DNA from: Isurus oxyrinchus | Lineage: Eukaryota | Reading direction: 5' to 3' | Length of the DNA: 64,000 bases | Assembly (NCBI GenBank): GCA_026770705.1 | Contig: JANJGN010000034.1 | Location: 3,596,001 to 3,660,000 of the forward strand | Shown: piece by piece, positions 1 through 13,200 of the stretch | How the letters are laid out: the number at the start of each line of letters is the position of its first letter | Numbering within the stretch: the first letter of the stretch is position 1 | Made by a program: the position numbers and the translations under genes | Notes under the pieces: generated by a model | Databases searched by the model: none | The model's input: only the letters and a program-made list of their open reading frames with translations | Told to the model about the DNA's origin: nothing

Positions 1-1213
1 TCCTGAATGCTTGTGCCACTGTACTCATCCAAATGGGTGGTAAGTAACTTTTGGACATGTTTTGGGATGTCAGGAAGTGGCTTCTCGCTGCTGTATTTAC
101 AATCTCTGGTTTCCTGTTTCATCCATTGTATTGTATGGCAAATATAATTTTCTGATTCATTGCACAATTCAGAATGTGAGTAGTTGGCGCATTAGATTGG
201 CTACCGTCAATGAATGTGAAGAAGAAATGAAAAGATGTTGCATCGTTGGAGAGGGCCATTTTATGGTATTTGGGTCATTTTCGTATTATGTTTCACTTTG
301 CATCGCAAGCAGGATATCGAACTGGATGGAAAGCTATTGATGAGGAATCTGAAGAAGATTTTTTTTAAAGAGCATTCAGGAAGTTCTCCAGTAGCAATAT
401 GTTTGCTTTGACAAGATTTGCTTCTTACAAGAAACATTTTGCTTAGAGCACGGTACTCGTGCTTGTCTGCTCACTGATTCCCAGTTACTTTAGATTTGTT
501 TGAGCTCCTTGATCCGATATTCGGTCAATAGTCATATGATGTTGATGACAGTCACTCTCACAATGTCTCTGGAGTTCAGCCCTTCGCCCTTTTTTTGACC
601 AAGGCTGCAACCATTGTAGGATTCGATTGGAACTGTTGGAATCCAATCCGAACATCAGTGAACAAATACCAATCTCACTTGTTAAATGAGTGTCTGTTGA
701 AGTTACACTTGTGTTGTTTGCCTTGAACCACAGTACTTTCTGAGGTTCATCCAGCAATTTGCCATAGGATGCAGCAGTTGCTCTGCAAAATGGTTTCATA
801 TGTTCCATGTAATCATTTGAACGGCTTCAAAATCACAATTGACTGACATCTGTATTGCTAGGGACGACAAGAAGAGGCAACATTTATTCATCAAATAGTC
901 ACCTCAAGCTTGATGATTGTCGCTAACCTTTCAGGCCTGACTTTTCACAACTTTGCAGAGATCGTTCATCATTGTATGTACTTGGGCAGCATCATTTATT
1001 CTTTTTATTTGTTTGTTTGTTGTACTTTACGACAACATTTACGACAACGTAACCAAACTGCAATCTTCTGCAACGATATAATTGGAGGGTAATTCATGAA
1101 ATTATCAATGTTATCTCTTTTACGCCCTAACAGATTTTCATTAGCGAATGTGTCATTGCATGTGATGATCAGTTGTTTTTGCACATATTCTCTCTATGGA
1201 ATGTCAACAATAC

Positions 1214-1240
1214 CTTTCTCTTTTTCTTTTAACTTTTCCT
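1214..1240 (-). CDS. micro-exon 24 (27 nt) EEKLKEKEK
   Basis: acceptor gtttctcgctctcag, donor gtattg. Confidence 0.88.
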
Positions 1241-4200
1241 CTGAGAGCGAGAAACATAATTACTTCAATATTGTTTTGAACATAATGCAATGACTGTGGC
1301 TGCAAGAAGGCCAAAACCAAGTTTTTTTCTGCTGTTTAACATGTGGGTGGGATATGGAAAAATGCATTTAATTGCAATAAAGTAAAAATAGTAAGGCACT
1401 TTGATTAAGGACGAAATGTCTGGTAACAATTTTATCCAACAGAGAGTAACGATATACGGAGAGCAGAGAGGCCATAAAGAACTACATACTCAGCTCAGTG
1501 AACATGTGACGAATAAGTAGAAGGTACAAGAGTTCTGAATTCAAGGACGGAAAGAAATATCAAAAACAGTAGATATGAAGTGATGAAATAGGCAGACATC
1601 CACTTAAATTATCTTAGCAGGGAACACAGATTAAGTGACGAGTTTTAGCCAAACCCCGAAACAATGTAAAGTTGATAAACACAAGTTTGGCAACCAAACG
1701 GGATTTGGGATATCAAAGCATTAGTTTCGCATTACTTCAAACAGAAGGAAAAAAGAAGATGGCATTCTGTCGATGAAGAATTTCGGATAGTGAGTGTGGA
1801 TAATATGAAGCAAGTGTGATGTTTTGGACAATCATGTGCATATGTCTTAAAATACAAGTACGTTTCACACATCTAATTATTTAGCCCCGCCTTTTTTTCT
1901 TACAGAACACGGAATGTTGCAATAGCTAATGTTTAACGGTAATTCCTGTTGTGTGTTTTGGTATCTCTTTTTCTGTCCATTCATTCATCCGGCTATCTAT
2001 CTATCTATGTATCATCTATCTATCAGTCTATCCATCTGTCAGTCGATCTATCAATCTATCCATATGCCTACCCACCTACCCATCTTACTGTCCGCCTATC
2101 TATCCACCAATCAATCTATACATTCATTTATGTAGCTATCTGTCTGTGTTCATTGGACGTTGCACCATATTTCTCTTTGTCAAAAATAACTTTTCCAGGA
2201 GTATCATCCAACACTATTTCCCAAAACACTTTTGTTTTTCTTCCCCTTAGGTTAATTTTTGAATTGTCTTGTGGACGCTAAAATTGGACTTCTCTGGTAG
2301 TGCATTTGAAAATTTAACTGCTTAGTTACTAACAACCTTGTTGTTCCATTCTGCTATATCCATACTAATATTTAAGCATTGAATTGGCATTTTCTGTTCT
2401 TCACTCATCCACAAAAGGTGACGGTTTCTCTCTATGTACCTGGCCTGGAGGCCTCCTGCTCTGTTATACACAAAAGACACGGATTTACCTTTCTCCTACA
2501 TGGTGGTAGACCCCCAGTTGCACAAACCTGGAAGCACCACTGAAGTATTGCATCTTGAACAATGTTCCCCTGTCTACCTTCTTACCTCTTCCAAAGTTTC
2601 AGCAGACCTCGAAAAGTCCGATACCCACTATTGGCTTTTCCATTTGAGACTGAACAAGGATTTCGTAAACTCCATCATAAATCTCTGGTTTGCTTTTGTA
2701 ACCGATTCCAGTATTGCTAAATCCCACGACCGTGCTTTCCTTTTTAACAACATTTGCAACTTGTGCGGTTTCCTTTAGCCACAGATGTGAACAATCTCAT
2801 TTCTCTATGTTGAAGCGCCCTCCCAATAATTGAGAAATTATACTTATTTTGCATTTGTTGGATAACCCTGGTAAAAAAGATGAATTCATAGCTATAGGCA
2901 TCAGCGCATTTCGCCTGCCACTTTTCTATCAGCCAAAAAAACATTCCTATGTTATTGTCGAATAAACTAGTGAAGTCCCAACACTTCATAATCCTTCCAA
3001 GTTTGATTCAGCTGTATTTGTTTCGAAAAACTGTANNNNNNNNNNNNNNNNNNNNNNNNNNNNNNNNNNNNNNNNNNNNNNNNNNNNNNNNNNNNNNNNN
3101 NNNNNNNNNNNNNNNNNNNNNNNNNNNNNNNNNNNNNNNNNNNNNNNNNNNNNNNNNNNNNNNNNNNNNNNNNNNNNNNNNNNNNNNNNNNNNNNNNNNN
3201 NNNNNNNNNNNNNNNNNNNNNNNNNNNNNNNNNNNNNNNNNNNNNNNNNNNNNNNNNNNNNNNNNNNNNNNNNNNNNNNNNNNNNNNNNNNNNNNNNNNN
3301 NNNNNNNNNNNNNNNNNNNNNNNNNNNNNNNNNNNNNNNNNNNNNNNNNNNNNNNNNNNNNNNNNNNNNNNNNNNNNNNNNNNNNNNNNNNNNNNNNNNN
3401 NNNNNNNNNNNNNNNNNNNNNNNNNNNATTACCTTCTGGCAACCGTTAATAGACACCCACCAATATTTTTGTTTGCTGTCACTCAGCAGGCTTCATATCC
3501 AAGCTTACATCTCCCATGGGTTCCCACTGAACTGTCAATCTCGTGGCAGATGTATGTCCTCTGTTCCCCAAACAGGAAGCTGTACTTTAGTGTAATCAAA
3601 CATTGATGGTACCGATACATCAGATAACAAAGTGAAACCCTTGATGTCCCTAATAAATAATCCAACAATGTTTTGGCAACTGTGATCACTTCTGTTTTGA
3701 TGATGTCACGCACCTGTAGCTTCGAGAGTTTTCTTCAAGCTTGCACATTCTGCAATTAAAAAAAAATATAGATTGCCACATTCTTCACACCAACAACAAC
3801 ACGATTGGATTAAACATTCAAAATTATTGATCACAAATTGTATAACCTTTCATGCATAATTTGGAGTACATTCCTCACAGTCGCCATGCGGCTTAGAGGC
3901 AGAATCCAATTTGTTGCTTTATTTAAAATAAGACAAAACAGTTCAAAGTGTTCAGTCAGGCCTCTATATTCTGAAGAAAACCGTAGCAAATAAAAAAAAA
4001 GTCCTCATTTATTATTTGAATAATACATTTTGCGATATGCACTGACTCTGTTGAGCATGATTGATTAGTGCATGCCAGGCAAGAGAATCAGCAGAATTTT
4101 TATTTATCTTCCTGTCGGCTCGACAGCCGTGCATGGTGCGGCTGGAAATAATAATGGGTGGATGACGTGCTGCCCGTTTCCATCAAACATAAATTCAATC

Positions 4201-7200
4201 CCAAACTCTAAATCTATTGGTGCTTATCGACGGAAGTGGATAAGATGCTGCTTATTTGTTTTTTTTTCATTTCCTTTTTAGACAAAATATAGGAACTAAT
4301 GCTGTGGTATCTTTTTCTTTTAATGACAAGAGCCAGGGATTATGTCTTTCAAAGACATTCATGATGGAATTTGCGTAAATCATGTAGTACTAACACCATA
4401 AATTAACGTGTCTGTTCAATGCTCGTTTGCAATAAATTCCATGTATGATCCATTGCCATAGGATTTTTCACAGTGCAGAATCAGTTCCTTCAGCACATTG
4501 TGCCAGGTTGACAATGCACTGCTATATTTAGGCACGTCGTCATGATTTGCTCTGCACACCAGGTCGAATTTCAATTTATTTACTGCTGGTTGATTAAAAA
4601 AAAGCTGTATTCAAACTGCTGCAAGCCAATTCACGTGATTAATAGGAAGTTACATCTTCAAAACGTAAACGATAACACTGATGTCTGGCTGGCATATTGA
4701 TTACGGATTTGCCCGGCTACTCAGGTAATCCTTGCCCAATGTTTCAGAATTTCACTTCTAATCTAAGGGAAATGTAAGTGTATTTTAATTGCTTGAACCT
4801 AGATTAAACGGGATACCTATACTCCAGGCAATACGATTATGGTATTTTATGTTGGAAAAAGAAAGAACAGTTTCTTTCCAAATGTTCTTCTGGCAATGCT
4901 AACCCCGTGTTCTTACATGGCCTGGACTATATTTAACTCTAGTCCAGACCAATATTTCCATTCTTAAATTTTCTCAAGATGCGTTCCATTCTAATCAAAA
5001 AGCGACTCACTAGAATTTCCTCGAGGCAACTTAATGGCAATAATTTAGTGGGTCAGTTAAGATGAACACCCAAATCCCGAAAACATCAACAATTTATAGA
5101 CATTGAAGGCATCTGATGTAATCTAAGCTCTCAAAGCAATTGACATGATAATTACTTAATATGGCCTTAGAACCCACAACGGGACTTTTCACCAAATGTT
5201 GACTTAAATAGTTTCTTCTAGGTGGGAGTTTCAGGGGTTCTGAGGGGCGCTGGGAATGATAGGTTGCAGATTGGCTACCGTCCATTTCTTGACTCAATCA
5301 TGCTGCCGCCAGTGTATGCTGCTCTTCAAGGTAATGAATTTGCAAGGAGTTGGATGAGGTGCTGTTCAAGCGGTCCTGTTTGCTAATGGTTATGTCAAGG
5401 TTCCTCCGTCTTTTTGGAACTGCAGATATCTAGGGTAGTTAAGGGCATGCGACCACAATCCTGGCCGGTGAATTGTAAAAGGTTTAATGTTTCGGGACGT
5501 GGTTAAACTCTGCAGAATTTGCAGCCTCTGGCATTCTGTCGTATCCAATGTCCTGTATAGCTAAAAAAAAAGTTATTTTCTGATTAATTGTAGCATCCTG
5601 GATTTTAATGATGGCAAATCAGAACGGCAAGCTACACTGAATTTGAAGAAGACATTGCTAGATATTCGATTGTTGGAGAGGAGGATTTTCTGGCACTTGT
5701 GTGACTTCCACACTACTTTCCATTTTATAACTTAAGCAGGGATAAGCATTACTGCTCTACTTATCCTGCTGGATAGAAAATATTTGATGTGGCATCTGAC
5801 AAAGTTTGTTCCTGAGGACCAACAATAAGTTTTTAGCCTAGAACCACATTAATGCTAAAAAGATTTGTCTATGAACACGAAACAAATTTCCATTGTGGTA
5901 GTGCATGTTCGCTCAGTTATTCCCAAGTAGGCCCACTTTTCTTGGGCGCTTTGATCCCACATTGTTTCAATTGCTCCTTTGATGGCAACGGCAGTGTATG
6001 TTAAAATGTCTCTCGAGTTCACCTCTGCGTCCTTGTTTTTACGAATTTTTTATTGACATGATTAGTCGATTGGCCCTGGAGGCAGCCAAATTGAATATTG
6101 GTTCAGCAATATCTACGCCACCAGCTCCATGAGCAACATTTGTGAAAGTTGTCCTGTTGCAGTTTCCCCTTGACACAATAACCTCTGAAGCTCATGCAGT
6201 AAGTTACCAAAGACAGCTGTTACTGCTGCAGTAAATGCCCTAAACTATTCCATAACATCATTTGAATTGAACCAAAATCACAATGTCTGCCATCTGTCTT
6301 GCTAGGCACCACAAGAGGAGACAACTATTCATCTTCACATAAGCACCCCTTATTGTTGCAAATGTTGAACCATTGAAAGAACGCCTTGACTCTTTCACAA
6401 CTGAGCTGGGAATACCCATCAATGTCGGTTTTTGGGCAGCAGCATTATTTGTTTTCTTATGTTTGTTGAAATCTACAACAACATTCAAAACAAATTCCTC
6501 AACTGTATGTCCTATGGTGTTATAATAAGAGTGTAATTAGTGGCAACCTCTTAGGAGTCTCTTGTACAACATAATAGATACCCAATACCACATCTGTCAT
6601 TGCTTCTGTTGTTTAATTGGACTTCTAAACTGTGAGCAGTGTCAATAAGTACCTTTCTCTTTTTCTCCCAAAGCGTTCACTGAGAGGGAGAAACATAATT
6701 ACGTCAATAATGTTTTGAATATCTTACAATGAACGTGGCTTCTATAATGCCAACGCTATATATTTCTTGTTGTTGTGGAATATGGAATGCGTTACCCAAA
6801 ATATTCAAATGCTTAATAGCAACAAAGGAAACCTGCATTTGTGAAAGCACACTTAACAAGGGAACATGCTTCATTGAAATTCTCAGCTGTGAAATCCGAC
6901 ATGAATAAGCATAGAAGTAAAAGAGGGGGCCAGGCGTGTTAGAAATCCAGATATGTGTTATGCAGGACCTGGTTCCATTATTACAAAAGGGAAAATAACG
7001 AGCTTGGGATATTGAGAGTCGAAATGCCATTGATAACCAGACAAGCAGATTAGGGCAACAATGTTTTAGTTTGTTCTCGAGATGAGTGTAAGGAGAGTTC
7101 TAAATTCATAGAGTACAAAAATCAAAGCATGTCGTTAAATGGAGAATGAATAAATAGATTGTGATGTGGATGGAACAATTGACATGGGAACATTGATTAA

Positions 7201-10200
7201 ACAACAAAGTTTGAGAAGGCATTGAACAAACAGAATGTCGATGTACCAAACACTTGAACAAAAAGGGCATTTGGGAAATGGCGGCATCTTTTTGCATTAG
7301 TTTAAGTGGAAGGATGATAGAGGTTGGATGATTTTCAATTGGGAAATTGAGTTAGTCAGTGTGGATAATGAGGAGGAAGTGCGACGTTTTTGACTGACAT
7401 CTGCGAATGCATTAACAGCATTCCTTTGTTCACATCTAAGTATTTCACCTGGTCTTCTTTAACAAATAACATGAATGGTTCCAGTCACAAAATTGGAACA
7501 GCTATTCTTGTTCTCTATTTGGTATGCACATATCTATATTTCTATCTATCTATCTATCGCTCTGTCTCTATCTAGCTATCTATCTGTCTATCTATTCCCA
7601 ATCTATCTCTGTAAGTATGTAGTTATTCATTTAATGCGTCATCTTTATTACCGTTGTGTATAATCTCAAATAAAGTGACATTTCCCGCTGTTTTCTAGCT
7701 CAGATTTGTTTTTCTTTTCCCTTTATCTGAATGTACTGATCAAATTCTCTTGTGGAGACCACAATTGACCATACCATTTCACAACCGCAGCAGTGCATTT
7801 CAATTTATAACGGCTTACTCTCTACCAACGTTTGTTTTTTTATCCACACAAATGGATGCTGAACATACATCGGCATCTTCTGTTCTTGACTCTTTCAAAA
7901 TACGTGATGTTTTCTCTGTATTTGCTTCGTTTATAGCCCTCGTGATTATAACATATATCGATACCAAACTGATATTAGCAACCTTCTACGTGGTATGATA
8001 CCCGCAGTATCATTGAAGCTCTACATACGGAATAACGTTCCCCTGCATACCATTTTAACTTAAAAAAAAGTATTGACTTCCTTCCAGAAGTGTGGTTCCA
8101 GAATTGGACAGGGTTTCTCAGTTGAGACGGAACGAGGATTTCTTAAAGTCCATCATAATTTCCTGGCTTTTGTGCTCGATTCCTGTATTAATAAATCCCA
8201 TGATCCCATCCTCCTTTTTAACCACTATGCAAATTGGAGAGTTCCCTTTAAACATACGTGCGAAATAAGCATTTTTTATGTGTTCATACACGTTCCTAAG
8301 ATATGGACAATTGTCTTTATTTTGCACCTACCAGATCTCCCGATGAAAAAAAAGTTCATGTTCACAGCTTTGAGTTTCAGTGTGTTTCTTCTGCCAATGG
8401 CAAATCAGTGAAGACCTGATGCCCAAGTGCTCTTGCAGTCGACTAGTTGAAGTACTCACATTTCAATGTTTGATCAGCTGCATTTATTTTGAAGTTGTTC
8501 CATCAGCTACAAATAATATATAAAGGTTGTCTTCTTATGACACTCCACCAGCGATAGTCAATCATCCATCAATGTTTTTTTTTATTCCTGTCACTCAATA
8601 GCCTTCTTATCCATGCCTGCATGGCCCTTTGTTCCCATTGGTAAATATTGAGCTGTGAATCTCTCGAGATGTTTGTGTATTCTGATCACCAAATAGGAAA
8701 TGATGGTTTAGTGTAACCACACATTGATGGTACCGACACATCAATTTAAAAAAAAGTAAAAATATTATGTCCCCACTGAATAATCCACCAACATTTTGGA
8801 GCAGGTTTCCACTTTTGTTGAAATGGTGTTACATACCTGCATCTTCGAGGTCTTTCCTCAACTTTGTTAATTCTGCAATTAAAATAACTTCGAATGTCAC
8901 ATTCATGTTGAATCAGCAACATAACTATTGCATTGAACATGTAAAATTATTGACCACAAATTGTATTACCTATAATCCATGACTTAGTTACACTTCACAC
9001 AGCTGCGATTAGGCTGAGATGCAGAATCCACTTCGTTGTTTCATTTAACGTCCAACAGAATAATGCAAAATAGCCAAAAGACCTCTGCAGACTGAACAGA
9101 ACACTAGCAGGTGAAAAAAAAACATCAGTTGTTTCCAAACAACGATCTTCCTGGCTCTGTTTAACAAAGGACGTTTAAGATACGCCTTGTCATTGTTCAA
9201 GGCGACCTATTAGTGCATGACAGTCGGAGAATCAGCTTAGTTTTGATTTTGATTTCTATAGGTTGGACAACTGGTCCATTATCTGGCCAGAAATAATAAT
9301 GGGCGGGCAACAGAATGCAACCCAATTCTTTCAAACATAAATTCGATCCCAAACGCTAAACCTATTGCTGCTTAATAACAGAGATTAATATTCTCCATTT
9401 TAATTTCATTTGTATATCACTATACTGCAACGTATACAGAAGTCCTTTTATTTTCTTGGGAAGAAGTCGGCGATTCCATGTTTCAATGAGACATTCATCT
9501 TGGAATTTCCGTCAGTCCTGAGTAATGCCTCAGCATGTGTTCACTTATCCGTGCAATATGAATTTCCATTAAGACCTGTAACATTGCCATGCTGATCATG
9601 GTATCTCCGCAACCACAGGATCTTTCACAGGACCGAAGCAGGCCCTTCAGCCCATTGTGACATGATGACAATGCTGGGCCATACTCGGTTGCGCATCTCA
9701 CAATTAGAGCAGCAGAATGACAGCGCATTTACCGATGGGTGCAGAAGGATAAGCTGTACTCAAATTCCTGCATGTCAATGGCACATGATTATTGTAAAGT
9801 TTTGCCTGCAAATCTGCAAGTTACACATGATGGCATTTTGGCACAGTGATTATTGATTTTCTTGGCTAATCAAATATGCCTCGCCACAGGTTCCGGAATA
9901 CCAGTTCAAATCTGATAATGAAAGCAGGAAAGTTGATGTCATTCTAATTGATTACATTTATATTGAATCTGATGTCAATGCTGCTGGTAGGACAAGAGGT
10001 GAAAAGAGAAAAATATCTTACCAAATGTTTTTTTTTCCGGAAATGTTAGCCACTTGTCCTTATAATTCTTGGCATGTCTTTGACCCTATCTATCTGCAAT
10101 GGATGCATTCTAAAACGGTCTCAACATTCTGTCTATTTTAAACAAGGAGCTGACTCAGCAGAAACTTCTCAAGGGATATTAATGGTATCAATTAAATGGT

Positions 10201-13200
10201 TTAGTTAAGAACCAGATCCTGAAACTAAAAACAAGCACAGCTTATATTTGTAAAGTAATTTTAAAAAATCAAATTAATTAACAGGATAATTGGAAAATAT
10301 GAACCAACCACACAGAACGGGACATTTAGAATTTTGATCAACAGTTTGCCTCAAGTGTTCCTTCTAGGTGATGTATGCCAGAGATTTATATGGGACTGTC
10401 TACGGTAGCTTGGAGAATTGCTCCATTACATCTGTTGTCACGTTCTTGCTGTTGCCATTGTATGCTGTTGTTGGAGAACTGAATGCCGAAGGTGGATGCT
10501 GGGCTGCAGTTCAATTCGACTTCTTTTCTAAAGATTATGGCGAGATTCCTGAATATTTTTCCAACTGCTTTCATTCAGAGAAGTGGAGAACATTCTATAA
10601 TAATCTTGGCTGGTGACTTGTAAATGGTGGACATCATTTAGGAAGTCAGGAATTTGATACTCCCTGCTGAATTTGCAGCCCACGGCTTCTTATTCTATGC
10701 AGTGTATGGAATGGCTCAAAAAATTAATCTTCTAGTCACTTGTAGCATCCAGGGTTCTTATGGTTGAAGCAGGTTCACGAGTGCCACTGAATTTCGGAAA
10801 GAAATGTTGTGATATTTCTAACCGTTCAGAACTGGTTAAACAGGACCATTTTCTGGCACTTGTGTTGCATTTGTGCTACGTTTCACTTTGCAACACAGGG
10901 ATGGATGAGCATCTCAAATCTTCTTATACTGCTGGATGGAAAATAATTGATAAGGCACACAAAGATGTTTGTTTCTGAGGAAGGAACCTAAGGTTCTCCA
11001 GTACGAATGTGCTGATGCTGACAAGATTATCTAAAGGCAAGGATAAATATATTCTGTTGTGCGAGGTCTGAATCCAATTAGTGATTGTTCGTGCACTGAT
11101 TCACATTTGCTTGAGCCTTGCTTGGGCTACTTGATGCATAATGAGGCGAAATGCTCCTATGATGTCGCTGGCAGGCACTCTTAAATGTGATTTGAGTTGG
11201 GCCCATTTGCTCGTGTTTTCACCAATGCTGCAATTGAGCCAAGATTCAATTAGCGTTGGTCACCACCAATCTGAAGACCTGCAGACAAGTGTTTATGTTA
11301 CCAGCTCGATGAGTGACTGTGTTGAGGTTGTGCTTGTAAACTTTGCATTGGAACATGTTAATTTCTGAAGCTTATCCAACAAGTTTCAAAAACCAACAGT
11401 AGCTACTGTATCAAATGCCTTCCACTCTTCCATGTGATTATTCGAATGGAAGTGCTGTCACAAATAGCTGATATTGTTTTCCAAACATCTCTAGTTTGAT
11501 TAATGTTGGACATGTCTGGCCTTGACTTTTAACAACTGTGCTTGGTAATCCGCTACTGTGGATTTTTAGGCATTTGTTTAGTTTTTGTCTTTGTTTGCTA
11601 GCTGACCTCTGCACCAACAATCACGACAAATAACAGATTTCCGATGCTTTGTTAAAATATAACAGGAGGGTAATTAGGACAAAAGTCTGAGATGTCTCAT
11701 TTCCAACATCTTAGTTGACCACTGCCATATGTGACGATGCTTGTGGTGATCAACTGGGTTTCCAATTGTGAATATTGAACACTGTGAACAAATACCTTTA
11801 TCGTTTTCTGCCAACGTTGCCTCTGAGATGGAGAAACATAATCAGTTCAATAATGTGGTGAACATATTGCAAAAAACGAGGCATAAGTCTGGCACATTTC
11901 ATACACTTTCTGCTATTTTACATGTGTTTTGTAATATCCCAAATATGCAAATGGTTGTTAGTAACACAAAATAAAAATAACATTTGTAAATGCAGATTTA
12001 TTTTGGGGACATGCTAAAACAAAGTTTTCAGCCATACAATCAGATGCGAATGGACCTCAAGTATGTTAGAGGTGTAAATATAAGCCAAACGAAATATGGT
12101 TCAAATTGAACCAATCAGTAACAAAGAGGTAAAATACCGTAGGTAGCTCATCAACCGATGAGGCATCACTGGTCTTGCTTGGGCAGCGATGAAAGTAAGG
12201 AACACAAGTTCTCAATTCATAGAGTGCTGTAAATCTAGGACATCGTAGACGTGAAAGCAGTAAACTAGAGAGTAACATAACTCGAATTTGTTAACAGATA
12301 ACTTAGATTAAGCAAAGAAGTCTCGCGTACGTGAACACAATGAAAAGTCAATGAACAAATGCGTTCGAACCCAAAGGAGATTAGACAGTAGCAGCATCCT
12401 TTCACATTCTTTTCAAGTAGAAGAATGAAATAAGATGGACTCTGGCGATTAAGTCATTTGGATTGTGATTGTGGACAATAAGAAGCATATGCGATATTTT
12501 GGACAATTATGTCGAGATATGTAAAAACAAAATTGTACATGTTTACTTTTTTCTTAACCCGGCTTCTTTACTGAAGATCATGGAAGGTTCTGGTAAACCA
12601 AAAGGCTATTTTATGTCCTGTGTTTGGTAAATATCGNNNNNNNNNNNNNNNNNNNNNNNNNNNNNNNNNNNNNNNNNNNNNNNNNNNNNNNNNNNNNNNN
12701 NNNNNNNNNNNNNNNNNNNNNNNNNNNNNNNNNNNNNNNNNNNNNNNNNNNNNNNNNNNNNNNNNNNNNNNNNNNNNNNNNNNNNNNNNNNNNNNNNNNN
12801 NNNNNNNNNNNNNNNNNNNNNNCTATTTGCCTATCTGTTTATCGATGTATCAACTATCCATCTTTCGATCTATCTATCTATCGTTCTGTATATTCATTTA
12901 ATCTTATTTCTCTTTGTGTAAAATAACTAATCAAATGGTATCATGACCATTTCCAACGCCATTTTTCTTTTCCCTCTCTAAAATTGATTATCGAATTGCC
13001 CTGTAGAGAACTCTATTGAAGAAAGCACGATCACAATCTCAGGCAGCGCATTTAAATTTTTAATGGCTTACTGCATAACAGCCGTTTTTTGAAAAAAATA
13101 TTTTTTTGGTCTCTTATATCCACACTGATTGTTATCCAGCCATTGTACGCATTTTATTTCTTGAATTTTCAAAGAAAAAGTGACGTTTTCTCCCCACCTA

